From an uncultured Bacilli bacterium (lineage in GTDB: Bacteria > Bacillota_I > Bacilli_A > RF39 > UBA660): a stretch of DNA of 64,000 bases. The position numbers and the translations under genes are program-made. Of this stretch, positions 18,757 to 28,688 are shown piece after piece. Position 1 is the first letter of the stretch. The number at the start of each line of letters is the position of its first letter. Location: positions 1,798 to 65,797 of the forward strand of contig CALVIX010000006.1 in NCBI GenBank assembly GCA_944331895.1, in the 5' to 3' direction. Below the pieces are notes generated by a model. It made no database searches. It was not told the DNA's origin and saw only the letters and a program-made list of their open reading frames with translations.

Positions 18757-18960
18757 TCAAGGTTTTTTATCAATGCGAAATAGAGATGTAGTAATTATAA
18801 AACTTCTTAATGAAATTGCTATCACGATTAACGCAATTCCGATCAAAGGAAAACTATAATCATTTAATAAAAAGATACCTAAAAGGACCATCAAAATTCC
18901 AATTACGATACCTATCAACGCTCGCTTTTTTTTCTTCACACTCTGATACTCCTTTAACAT
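18757..18960 (-). CDS. small two-TM membrane protein
   Basis: 67-aa ORF with two hydrophobic helices. Coding status is uncertain. Confidence 0.3.
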   Translation of the reverse strand: MLKEYQSVKKKKRALIGIVIGILMVLLGIFLLNDYSFPLIGIALIVIAISLRSFIITTSLFRIDKKP

Positions 18961-19011
18961 CTATTTTATATTTTTATTATACTATAGTTTTCATGTTTTG
19001 AACAGCTCTCT

Positions 19012-19737
19012 TTACCATTCTATTATTTTCTGCTTTACATCATCTTTTTTCTCTTTTAACCAATCAGAAAATTGACTTCCCTTCTCGGTAACGTATTCTT
19101 TTGCTTCCGAATAAGTTGTCTTTCCCTTTTCAACAGCTTTATCTAATGCTTGTAATTGGTCATCACTCAAATTTTCCTCTAATTTTTCACGCGCATAATC
19201 TTTAAATTCAGCTGCCTTATTCTTTCCTTTCGCAAGCCACTGAGATGTAGTCTCAGAAACAGTTTCTTTATAATTTGGAAAATACTGTTCCATCATAGAA
19301 TCAATCGTATCAAAAGTAGCGATAAAACGTTCTTTCGTCTCTTCGGATAAATCACTAATATAATAGCCACCAATTGGCTCTGCACCTACTATAAATTTTG
19401 CGCCTTTTTTCAACACGTCCTCCCCCGCTTGTAATGCTTTTTGAGCATTTTCCTTGTTGATATATTCTTGCAACGTATTTTTGACAGTATCATAATATGT
19501 AGCCACATCCGATTCAGTTTGAATATTATTCTCACCAGATAAAATTTGTTGTTGTTCCTGTGGTGTTAACGCAGTCTCTTCTTCTGGTACTTGACTTTCT
19601 GTTTTATGTGTACGTTCGCTCTCATCTGGTTGTGATATTGTGGCTTCATTATTTTTTGAAGCACAACCGCTAATACATAATGTAATACCTAGAAACACGC
19701 CTAAGCTTACCTTTTTTATATCTAATTTTTTTACCAT
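19012..19737 (-). CDS. lipoprotein, helical, function unknown
   Basis: Lipobox LCISGC|AS. The remainder is Glu/Lys-rich and predicted helical. Confidence 0.5.
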   Translation of the reverse strand: MVKKLDIKKVSLGVFLGITLCISGCASKNNEATISQPDESERTHKTESQVPEEETALTPQEQQQILSGENNIQTESDVATYYDTVKNTLQEYINKENAQKALQAGEDVLKKGAKFIVGAEPIGGYYISDLSEETKERFIATFDTIDSMMEQYFPNYKETVSETTSQWLAKGKNKAAEFKDYAREKLEENLSDDQLQALDKAVEKGKTTYSEAKEYVTEKGSQFSDWLKEKKDDVKQKIIEW

Positions 19738-19832
19738 AACACCACCTCCGTTAGTACTAATATTCTATGCAAATACATCATTTTTGTCAAATTTACGAAA
19801 CTCTCCTTCTTTTTTTTCATATAATACTCTAG

Positions 19833-20270
19833 GTGATATATGTGGCAATTATAAAAACAACTAGTAAAGAACGAGATTTACTCGCAAGGCTAATGCGAGC
19901 CGAAGCAGTTGGAGAAGGAGATCTCGGCATGTTGATGGTGGGAAATGTCGTCGTAAATAGAGGAATTTCCAATTGTTTAACCTTTAAAAATGTTCGTACG
20001 ATATCCGAAGTCATATATCAATCCCCCGGCGGCTTTTCGGGGATAGATAGTCCTCTTTTTTTCAGTAATCCAACATCGACAGAAAGAGCTTTAGCAGATC
20101 GCGTAATTAAAGGTGAATACTATCATCCAGCGACAAATGCCTTATGGTTCTATGCACCTACTAAAGGAACAAATTGTGCAACTACATGGTGGGATCAATC
20201 GCTATCAGGAAGATATAAAAACCATTGCTTTTATCAACCAGATAAAGGAGAATGCCAAGAACTTCATTAA
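19833..20270 (+). CDS. cwlJ: spore cortex-lytic cell wall hydrolase CwlJ/SleB catalytic-domain family
   Basis: DLLARLMRAEAVGEGDLGMLMVGNVVVNR parallels B. subtilis CwlJ (DLMARLLRAEAEGEGKQGMLLVGNVGINR). Size is about 145 aa. The exact start (GTG at 19833) is uncertain. Confidence 0.75.
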   Translation: MIYVAIIKTTSKERDLLARLMRAEAVGEGDLGMLMVGNVVVNRGISNCLTFKNVRTISEVIYQSPGGFSGIDSPLFFSNPTSTERALADRVIKGEYYHPATNALWFYAPTKGTNCATTWWDQSLSGRYKNHCFYQPDKGECQELH

Positions 20271-20295
20271 AAAAGCAACTTAGTTGCTTTTTTTA
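20270..20295. terminator. bidirectional rho-independent terminator
   Basis: aaaaagcaac-tta-gttgcttttttt between convergent genes. Confidence 0.65.
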
Positions 20296-21501
20296 AATAT
20301 ATAATATTTGACCTATACTTAAATTATCACTCGTTAACTCGTTTTTTTGCTTGATACTAGCGACAGTCGTTCCATATCGATTCGCGATACTCCAAAGACT
20401 GTCACCACTCTTTACAATATAAATACTCCCCATAGAACCATCTGGAATTTTTAAAACTTGGCCTATACTAAGTAAGCTAGTTTTAAGATGATTCAAAGCC
20501 ATTAGATCATTTACCGTTGTATTAAATTTCATTGCAATCGTATATAAACTATCACCACTTTTTACGATATAAGTAGCATCTACAGAATCTTCCCCATCGT
20601 CCTGAATAGGAAGATAGAGTTTCTGTCCTATGCTCAAACTGTCAGAAGATAAACCATTCAACTGTTTTAAAATAGATACCGTCGTTCCATATTGATTCGC
20701 AATACTCCAAAGACTATCTCCCACTTTTACAGTATAAATATTATTAGATTCTGATGGTGGCTCGGTACTTTGTTTTGGAATGGTTAACACTTGACCTACT
20801 TGAAGTAAATTACTTGTTAATCCATTGGCGGATTTCAATTGATCAACGGTAATTCCATATCGATTCGCGATACTCCATAAACTATCACCTGATTTTACGA
20901 CATAACTATTTTCATCTAGTTCTGGAACGTATGATTTTCCAATATATGTTGCGATAGCCTTTACTACCGCTTCTGCATAACGGTCATAATTATTTTTTAA
21001 CTGCTCTTTGTCATCTTGATTACTATCTACATATCCATATTCAATCAGAACCGGTTGCGTGCTCCCCGTATCTCGATGAATAAAATAATAATCCTTCGAT
21101 GTGTCACTTGGTAATCTCCTTTGATATACTTTAGTTACATTTTGTCCTGCCAATTCTAATTCTTGTGCGATTTTATTCGCTAACGCATTATTATTTCGAA
21201 GAGCATATACAATTTCAGCACCATCCGCACCCCCTGCGTTTACATGATTAGAAATTACGATCACATTACTCTCTCCACCATAAGGAGCTAAAATACGACG
21301 GATCCTCTCTTCATTGGAGATTGTCTCATCTGAATCTCTAACTAGCGCAACAGGTATTCCTAATTCTTGTAAACGTCGATACATGTACTGTGAAATTTTT
21401 AAAGAGGTATCTTTCTCTACAATTCCGTTCCCCGTATTACCTAAATCTTCTCCACCGTGTGCCGCATCGATGACAACTCCAGTAACTGCCCGTTCCATCA
21501 T
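20293..21501 (-). CDS. N-acetylmuramoyl-L-alanine amidase (Amidase_3) with four C-terminal LysM domains
   Basis: The N-terminal VIDAAHGG...SNHVNAG...IEYGY pattern marks Amidase_3. Four repeats of YxVKSGDSLWSIANRYGTTV...LxIGQ follow. Confidence 0.85.
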   Translation of the reverse strand: MMERAVTGVVIDAAHGGEDLGNTGNGIVEKDTSLKISQYMYRRLQELGIPVALVRDSDETISNEERIRRILAPYGGESNVIVISNHVNAGGADGAEIVYALRNNNALANKIAQELELAGQNVTKVYQRRLPSDTSKDYYFIHRDTGSTQPVLIEYGYVDSNQDDKEQLKNNYDRYAEAVVKAIATYIGKSYVPELDENSYVVKSGDSLWSIANRYGITVDQLKSANGLTSNLLQVGQVLTIPKQSTEPPSESNNIYTVKVGDSLWSIANQYGTTVSILKQLNGLSSDSLSIGQKLYLPIQDDGEDSVDATYIVKSGDSLYTIAMKFNTTVNDLMALNHLKTSLLSIGQVLKIPDGSMGSIYIVKSGDSLWSIANRYGTTVASIKQKNELTSDNLSIGQILYI

Positions 21502-21909
21502 AAACTCACCTCTACATTAAAATATGTAAATATGCCCATTTTGCTACTATGAAAAGAATATTAATAAAAAAAAGATAGACTTTGCTATTTTTTAGATTGT
21601 ACTATAAATAGTGTTGGTGAATATTTCACTAATGCTATTTTTTGCATAAAAAAAGGTCAATTAATGACCTAAAGTAAAAAGATTATACAAAGGTTTACCA
21701 TAAAATAATAATTATAAATCATTTCCAACTATCTATATACTGCATCCCCTGATATTTAATAACCAATAATAATAATAATAGATTTGTTTTATATTATAAT
21801 ACTTGTGTTAACAAAGTTATTAACTGTCACATAAAATTCTGATATAAAATTTATTTTATAATCAATCTTTTCATACGCAATTATTTCTTCGCTTTTATAA
21901 ATACTTATA

Positions 21910-22398
21910 TTATTCGTCAACCTTATTACGTTTAATAATTTCTTTTAATTCTTTGTAAACTATATCAACTTCAACTTGTAATCCCTCTATTGCTACAACA
22001 TTCATAACTGGTTCTATATATTCATCGATTTCAAATTTAACATTATTTTTTTCAAAAACATATCTTCTTCTCTTTAATACTTTTTGGTTTGTTAAATTTA
22101 ATATCTCAATCAAGGAATCAACAAATGCTTGATTTTCATCATTAACAATTAAATCTTCTGACTCTCTTGATATTTTTAAAACATTATCATTTAAATTATC
22201 ATCTTTAAAATTTAATATTTTTTCACTTCTATCATTATAAATATTTTCTGTGACACGTGCCATTATTGGGCCACCATTTTTATATAATATACGTGTTTGT
22301 AAATATTCTTCTTTTTTTTGATATCCATTGTGAGCACAATATTGTATAAATTCATTTATATCTTTTACTTTAAAACTATATTCATATTCTTTATTCAT
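21910..22398 (-). CDS. CYTH-like domain protein (triphosphate tunnel metalloenzyme family), tentative
   Basis: N-terminal EYEYSFKV (ExExK-like) and C-terminal FEIDEY...VVAIEG strands resemble CYTH. The gene lies in a markedly AT-rich islet. Confidence 0.45.
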   Translation of the reverse strand: MNKEYEYSFKVKDINEFIQYCAHNGYQKKEEYLQTRILYKNGGPIMARVTENIYNDRSEKILNFKDDNLNDNVLKISRESEDLIVNDENQAFVDSLIEILNLTNQKVLKRRRYVFEKNNVKFEIDEYIEPVMNVVAIEGLQVEVDIVYKELKEIIKRNKVDE

Positions 22399-22541
22399 TA
22401 TTTTTTCACCTTTCTTAACTTTGGATTTATAAGTTCATTAACAATTTTAATATGTTGAATATCCATTTTTCTAATTTTATTAGTCTTCCCAACACTAGGC
22501 AAACCTTCAATAAAGATTATTTTCTTCAGAACTACTCCATT
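22398..22541 (-). pseudogene. short P-loop NTPase fragment (Walker A only) coupled to the CYTH gene
   Basis: Hand translation gives GVVLKKIIFIEGLPSVGKTNKIRKMDIQHIKIVNELINPKLRKVKK*. IEGLPSVGKT is a Walker A motif. There is no ATG before the motif, the open frame is only about 47 codons, and the stop overlaps the CYTH ATG (TAATG). Confidence 0.3.
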
Positions 22542-22634
22542 TCAAACAAAAAAATTATTCACAACACTTTTAATTTTATCATATTTATTTATAATATATC
22601 ATATTTGAACTCTTATACCTAAATATCATTTTAA

Positions 22635-22787
22635 GAATATATATATATTGATTTTGACATAAATAATTATAACACAATTCAGAATCTTATCGCTGACTTA
22701 ATACATAATAATAATTATTATCGACCAAGGTTTATATTAAATTATAAAACCCCAATTGAATATAGATATCAACTAAGGTTCAAATAA
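22635..22787 (+). mobile_element. remnant of the C-terminus of an IS3-family (rve integrase) transposase
   Basis: Hand translation gives ...FDINNYNTIQNLIADLIHNNNYYRPRFILNYKTPIEYRYQLRFK*. This matches the conserved IS3/IS150 transposase tail (YN..R....L.Y.TP.EYR). No upstream catalytic domain remains. Confidence 0.5.
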
Positions 22788-22835
22788 CTCTTTTTCACTA
22801 TCGACTTTTCTTGACAAATTCAGCAAATCTATCTT

Positions 22836-23837
22836 TTATTTTAAAATCTGTTGAAGTTTACCGTTTTGTCCATCCCAATCGACAATACCATATGCGCCAT
22901 TGATAAATGTCATTCTAGGCGGTTTATGTCCTAAATCAATATCATACAAGCATGGAATGCGATACTTCTCTAGTTGCTCATTAACAATTTCACTTGGAGA
23001 TTGTACCCATGATGCCTCATCTGCTGTAGATCTTCCGAATAAGATTCCTTTGGCATGTTTAAACCAACCACATTCACGCATTTTCCATAATACTCTCGTA
23101 AATTCAGATTCACTTAACTCACAATTTTCTAAATACCAAAGAATTCCATCCTCTTGATATTTTTCAATAAATTCCTTGGTATGATCGTACGGAGTTCCTA
23201 CAATACTAGATAAAACGTCAATACATCCTCCAAGTAATCTTCCTTCCATGTGACAAACATTTCCTTTCCATTTAACAGGAGTAGTTAGTCGATATCCTTC
23301 ATTACCATCCACATATTCAATATATTGATCCTGATAAAACTTTTCTGATAATTGTTCTACAATCATTCCATTTAATATTTCTAAATTATTTTCTAACGTT
23401 GGATGAAGTTTTTTCATACTAAAATCCTTAAAATTTGAAGCATACAAAGTAGCAATATCACATGTGGTTGTAATTGTATAAGTTAATATTGTCACATCAG
23501 AAAATCCTTGAATCCATGTTGGATTCTTACGTATGATAGAGAAATCCATGAATGGTAATATTTCCATAGCATATTCTCCACCAGCGCTCGCAATCAATAA
23601 TTGCGTATTAGAATCAACTATTCCGTTATGAATTTCTTCTGCTCGTTTCTCTGCATCTGCGCTCCTACTTTTCTCACTATGAAAAATATTTTTTCCGAGC
23701 GATACGGAATAGCCTCTTTTTTTAAATTTATCTGTTGCCATAGATATTCTCAATCTATCTATAGACTCCGAATTCCCATCACTTGGAGATATAACCAATA
23801 TCCTTGATCCTGAACGTAAAAATTTTGGATAAATCAT
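22836..23837 (-). CDS. LD-carboxypeptidase (peptidase S66, LdcA/MccF family)
   Basis: GFSDVT nucleophile motif, an E in YLENCELSE and DLGHKPP His motif, at the family-typical spacing. Confidence 0.8.
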   Translation of the reverse strand: MIYPKFLRSGSRILVISPSDGNSESIDRLRISMATDKFKKRGYSVSLGKNIFHSEKSRSADAEKRAEEIHNGIVDSNTQLLIASAGGEYAMEILPFMDFSIIRKNPTWIQGFSDVTILTYTITTTCDIATLYASNFKDFSMKKLHPTLENNLEILNGMIVEQLSEKFYQDQYIEYVDGNEGYRLTTPVKWKGNVCHMEGRLLGGCIDVLSSIVGTPYDHTKEFIEKYQEDGILWYLENCELSESEFTRVLWKMRECGWFKHAKGILFGRSTADEASWVQSPSEIVNEQLEKYRIPCLYDIDLGHKPPRMTFINGAYGIVDWDGQNGKLQQILK

Positions 23838-23895
23838 AAGCCACCTCTATTAAATTATAACACAAAAATCTACACGAGTATTCCGTGCAGATATT

Positions 23896-25107
23896 TTATA
23901 CGTATAATCTTTGCCCGATCGATAATGTATCCGTAGTTAAATTGTTTTTTCTTCTCAGTGTATCTACTGTTGTTCCATATCGATTTGCAATACTCCAGAG
24001 ACTATCTCCTGCTTTTACGACATATACAGTTTGCGTCGCAGATGGAATACGTAATTTTTGGCCTACCGATAACATATCACTTGTTAAATTATTATACTTT
24101 TTCAATTGATCTATAGTGATATTATTTGCAAGAGCAATGCGATAAAGAGAATCTCCAGGTTGTACAGTATAGATAACTTCCATTTCACTCGTTGGTGGAA
24201 TTGTACTTTTGGTTGGTATTTTTAATTCCATTCCGATATTTAATAAATCATTTTGCAAGTTATTTATTTGTTTTAACTGATCCACCGTAACTCCATATTG
24301 ACGCGCAATTGCCCATAAACTATCCCCAGGAGCAACTACATATATAATTTCAGTTTCAACATCACTATTACCATCAGACATAGGCTCTGGTATTTTTAAC
24401 ACTTGACCGATCGATAATACATTTGTCGTTAACTTATTTGCACTTTTTAATGCATCAACCGTAACATTATATCGTCTTGCAATACTCCAGAGACTATCTC
24501 CTGATTGTACTGTATAAGTTCCAGGTTGTTGCCCTTCAATTCCTAAATAACGCAAAACCGCATTCACAACTGCATTCGCATAAATCTCATAATTATTTTT
24601 CAACTGTTCCGGATCATCTTTGTTGCTATCTAAAAAACCATATTCTACAATTACTGGTTGCGTCACGCCAGTATTTCTATGAATAAAATAATAATCTTTT
24701 GATTGATCGCTTGGGAGTTTCCTTTGATAGGAATATCTAACATTTTGTCCTGCCTTTTCGATTTCTTCTAAAATTAAATTTGCCAGCACATCATTATTAC
24801 GAAGTGCGTATATTACTTCTGCTCCATCCGCTGTTGTTGCATCAGCATTGATATGATTAGATATGACTATGACATCTTCCCTATTTCCAAACGCATTTAA
24901 AATTCGATTAACGCGATCTGTCGGATTTAATGTTTCGTCTGTATCCCTCGTAATATAAACAGGTATCCCTAATTCCTTAAAGCGATCATACATATATTGA
25001 GATATTTTTAAATTTAAATCTTTTTCTATAATTCCATTCCCTGTCGCACCGGGATCACTACCCCCATGTCCAGGATCAATTACAATCCCTCTAATTTCCG
25101 TATTCAT
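23896..25107 (-). CDS. N-acetylmuramoyl-L-alanine amidase (Amidase_3) with four LysM domains; paralog of 20293..21501
   Basis: Colinear with the other amidase, with well over half of the positions identical by eye across the catalytic domain. Four LysM repeats. Confidence 0.85.
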   Translation of the reverse strand: MNTEIRGIVIDPGHGGSDPGATGNGIIEKDLNLKISQYMYDRFKELGIPVYITRDTDETLNPTDRVNRILNAFGNREDVIVISNHINADATTADGAEVIYALRNNDVLANLILEEIEKAGQNVRYSYQRKLPSDQSKDYYFIHRNTGVTQPVIVEYGFLDSNKDDPEQLKNNYEIYANAVVNAVLRYLGIEGQQPGTYTVQSGDSLWSIARRYNVTVDALKSANKLTTNVLSIGQVLKIPEPMSDGNSDVETEIIYVVAPGDSLWAIARQYGVTVDQLKQINNLQNDLLNIGMELKIPTKSTIPPTSEMEVIYTVQPGDSLYRIALANNITIDQLKKYNNLTSDMLSVGQKLRIPSATQTVYVVKAGDSLWSIANRYGTTVDTLRRKNNLTTDTLSIGQRLYV

Positions 25108-25169
25108 TTTTTCACCTCTATATTATTTATATTCAATTGTGAATATTCGGGCACAAAAAAGCTTGCTGT

Positions 25170-27284
25170 TTAGCAAGCAATGTATTCTTTCGATGGATCA
25201 TTTGAAAATTCATTATTTTTCTGCAAATATTCATATCCCTGATGTTCTACCAATAAGATGAAAATTCTTTCTACTGCATGAGCAAACGTTCCATCTCTTT
25301 GACCATCTTCTAGTGCAAAGTCATCTTTATCAAACGCCTCAAACAAAGGTGCTATCGCACTTGTTTTTGCCCAAAACATACTTCCGGCTGGAAAGACATT
25401 TTGAAATGGTTCTTCAATATGCATTCTTTCACATAAAATATCTAGTTTTTCTTGGCAACTTCCGATTTCCATCATATGTTTCACTTCTTCACATGTCTCT
25501 GGAAAAATCATACCAACCTTTTTATTTTTCTCAAATTGATAAAAGATCGACTTAATATTTTGAGAATTTCCCAATAAATGATGATACAAATACCTTCTCC
25601 AGTCATCTCCAAATGAACTATAATTACTCTTCTTTGTATGAAGATGACATATATAATCATAAGATAAAATACGTTTTTTCATTTGCTGTAGGAAAGGATA
25701 AATATCACGTCCCCTATTTTCAAAGACTTCTACAGTTAGTTTTTCATTAAAGTGCATCTTTTGAAAATATTCTGTAATAATCTCTTTTTTCAATTTACTA
25801 TCTGTCGATATATACAAATCATATGAATATGGCATTTCTGCTAAATTCTGATATATTTCATCCAATAATTCCGGATAATATATATGAACTTGTATAGCAA
25901 TCTTTTTATCGATATTCTCTAAAAAACGTTTGTTGGAAGATTTAGGACGAAGTACCTTGTGCTTTATTCCAGAAATTGCACCAGCCCCTTTTCGTAGTGG
26001 TGCCGTAATGCGAAAACTCTTACTGTTGATTACATGCTGAAGTTCCGTAGAAACTCCAACGTTTTCCTGTTGTAAGTGATAATTCATATTTTCATAATGT
26101 TCCTTTTGATCCAAAATCTCATAAATATAATCCAACAGATCATATTCAAAAAGATTCTCTTGTTTACTTTCTTTTGATTCTATCACGTTTGCAATTGTAT
26201 CAAAATGTTCTTGAATACGTTTTTTAATCTTTTTATTTTCTTCAAATGTTTGTTCGTGAAATTTCAATTTATAAGTAATAAGACATGATTTAATATCATT
26301 TACCTCTAAGTCTTCCTTCTTCACCAATTTTAAAAATCCTCTTACTTTAACTAAATGTTCTACATTAATCGCCAAAACTGGAACATCGTAAGTGTGACTT
26401 GTGATAATGCCGTGCAAACTCGTTCCAATAAACCCTTGACTAGATGCAGCGACACTCAACATATCATAAGGGTGAAGTTTTTCTTTCAAAAGAGAAATCT
26501 TCTTGTTTTTTGGATCGATAAATTTTTGACAAAATTCTATATCGTTATGTACATAGCCAATTGGCATCACTAAAACATGTTTCTTTTCTACCTTTGTGAT
26601 ATACTCCAAAAGTTCTTTCACTTTTTCAATGTATAATTCTTGATTTTCATTGATTATTTTCGTCTGAAAAACAATATAGTTTTTTATTTTCGGAACCAAT
26701 TTCTTCTCTTGTAGCTTTTTAAAATTCGCTTGCAATTCCTCTTTAGGATAAATTTCCGAAATAATATTAATTGTATCTGGGACAACCTTACATTTGTCTT
26801 TATATCTATCTCCTAACAAATCTTTAGATGTCTGATCTCTCACACTTAAATACTTGACGCGGTCTAAAAGTAAATTCGTAAATTTCAACTGTCCTTCATG
26901 AAATTGGAACGGAACACCTGGTGCGTTAAATACAATACTAGTATTGTATTTTATTCCTAATAAAATAGGAATTTGCCACATACTATAAGCAGTCTCATAA
27001 GACGATTGATATGTTCTAACTACCATTTTATCCAATCGGATCGTATCTCCTCCACCGATTACAATCATATCAATTCCTTTGGTTTGAATCACATGTTCTA
27101 ACTCTCTAATTGAATAAACTTTATCCCCATAAAAAGGTCTCTTCCCACCATTTGGCGAAAAGAGAAAAAGTTCTTTGATTTTTATACGTTTTGAAAGTTC
27201 TTCTTCTAACACAGTTGGAAACAGCAAATCTCCGTAATTTTCTACATCAAAAGATCCTATTTGTGCTACATTATATTCTTTCAT
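25170..27284 (-). CDS. fusion protein: polysaccharide pyruvyl transferase-like N-domain + rhamnan synthesis protein F (RgpF)-like C-domain
   Basis: The N-terminal GSFDVENYGDLLFP resembles PS_pyruv_trans. The C-terminal IAIQVHIYYPELLDEI...YDLYISTD...GRDIYPF resembles the RgpF family. Confidence 0.6.
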   Translation of the reverse strand: MKEYNVAQIGSFDVENYGDLLFPTVLEEELSKRIKIKELFLFSPNGGKRPFYGDKVYSIRELEHVIQTKGIDMIVIGGGDTIRLDKMVVRTYQSSYETAYSMWQIPILLGIKYNTSIVFNAPGVPFQFHEGQLKFTNLLLDRVKYLSVRDQTSKDLLGDRYKDKCKVVPDTINIISEIYPKEELQANFKKLQEKKLVPKIKNYIVFQTKIINENQELYIEKVKELLEYITKVEKKHVLVMPIGYVHNDIEFCQKFIDPKNKKISLLKEKLHPYDMLSVAASSQGFIGTSLHGIITSHTYDVPVLAINVEHLVKVRGFLKLVKKEDLEVNDIKSCLITYKLKFHEQTFEENKKIKKRIQEHFDTIANVIESKESKQENLFEYDLLDYIYEILDQKEHYENMNYHLQQENVGVSTELQHVINSKSFRITAPLRKGAGAISGIKHKVLRPKSSNKRFLENIDKKIAIQVHIYYPELLDEIYQNLAEMPYSYDLYISTDSKLKKEIITEYFQKMHFNEKLTVEVFENRGRDIYPFLQQMKKRILSYDYICHLHTKKSNYSSFGDDWRRYLYHHLLGNSQNIKSIFYQFEKNKKVGMIFPETCEEVKHMMEIGSCQEKLDILCERMHIEEPFQNVFPAGSMFWAKTSAIAPLFEAFDKDDFALEDGQRDGTFAHAVERIFILLVEHQGYEYLQKNNEFSNDPSKEYIAC

Positions 27285-27391
27285 AATTACCACCATTCTA
27301 TGTATTAACCATCTCGATAATTCAATCTCTAATATAAGTATAACATTGAAAAGTGTAATTTCAAAGAAATAGAAACGATTTATGCGGTTAT

Positions 27392-28576
27392 TTATTCATC
27401 TTTTTCTTCTTTTGTTTGCATTTGTTCATCTAAATCGATTACAATCGTACTTGTATTTTTTGTATGACTCAACCTCTCGTAAAATAATAATTTATCTCCC
27501 GTAAAAACTGATATAAATATTTGAAAAATACAACTGATGTATAAAATCATCAATAATGTAATGATACCTAGCAAAAATAGTTGTAAAATCAAAACCTGTC
27601 CTGATAAATGTGTCAATAGTGATAACACGGTAAATGGTGCAGGGAGAATCACAAAATATAAAATTCCATAACGCACAAGACAATGATACCACTTGACATT
27701 TTGATTTTCATCCGTTACGACTCGTAATTTCAATATATTTTTTCCTACTGCTTTTCCACGCCACAAAGGTAACAAAATCATAAAATATATAACAATTGAA
27801 CAAACATATTCACTTGACATTCCTAATACATTAAAAAATTTATCTATTCCTTGCAAAGGACTAGGAATAGTTATTAAGGATGTTAATATTGTAACAATGA
27901 TAATGTCAATTCCAAATGCGATCATTCTTCTTGTAAATGTTACATGTCTTCCTTTTTCATATGAAATTTGATCTAGTTTCTCTTTGGTTGGAAGAATCCA
28001 TGAGAATAATGGAGTTATAGCATATCCGAACAATCCTCCTAGTGTATTAATGATTAAATCATCGATATCAAACAATCGATATGCACGTGGATAAATTCCA
28101 TACAATCCTGTTAATTGTGTTAACTCAAAAAATAAACTTAATAAGAAAGTGAATGCAATTGTTTCTAATAAATTTCTTTTAAAATAATAACGTAAGTAAA
28201 TTCCAAACGGCAATGTCATTAAAATATTATATAACACTTGATATATCACTGGATTATTAATAATTTCAATGTATGTATGAATATCATTCCAAACGATGTG
28301 AGTTTCATTGATCCACTCTACTATAAATTGAAATGGAACTAATTGCATCGTCGGTGTTGTATAATGGGCAACTTCATCGATTGGAGGCAGTGGAAGAATA
28401 ACTAAAAAATATGCACTCATTAAATATAAAATAAAAGAATACACGATAATTGTTCGCAATGCTGGAATAGCGCCAAACTTACGATATTGGTATAACATAT
28501 ATGGAAAAGTAAACAAGAATGCGATAAATGGAAACACTAAAAAAGCTGTTTGAATCGGAATTATATAGTCTTGCAT
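27392..28576 (-). CDS. VanZ-like / RDD-domain polytopic membrane protein
   Basis: The VanZ-like core is FELTQL...FDIDDLIINTLGGLFGY. The C-terminal RRMIAFGIDIII segment is RDD-type. Confidence 0.6.
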   Translation of the reverse strand: MQDYIIPIQTAFLVFPFIAFLFTFPYMLYQYRKFGAIPALRTIIVYSFILYLMSAYFLVILPLPPIDEVAHYTTPTMQLVPFQFIVEWINETHIVWNDIHTYIEIINNPVIYQVLYNILMTLPFGIYLRYYFKRNLLETIAFTFLLSLFFELTQLTGLYGIYPRAYRLFDIDDLIINTLGGLFGYAITPLFSWILPTKEKLDQISYEKGRHVTFTRRMIAFGIDIIIVTILTSLITIPSPLQGIDKFFNVLGMSSEYVCSIVIYFMILLPLWRGKAVGKNILKLRVVTDENQNVKWYHCLVRYGILYFVILPAPFTVLSLLTHLSGQVLILQLFLLGIITLLMILYISCIFQIFISVFTGDKLLFYERLSHTKNTSTIVIDLDEQMQTKEEKDE

Positions 28577-28688
28577 ACTACTACCCCCTCAAATCATTAC
28601 GACTTCATTATGCCACATTTTTTCTGCTAGGTATAGAGAATTAAGGCAATATGACAAAATTGTTATATTAAAAAAGAGCCCTAGGCTC

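Noticed and set aside
21766-21781. (AAT)n microsatellite and other short AT repeats in the islet, considered as a CRISPR or repeat array
   Set aside because: It is a simple low-complexity run in very AT-rich DNA, with no spaced direct repeats of 25-40 nt. I saw no CRISPR-like periodicity anywhere in the window.
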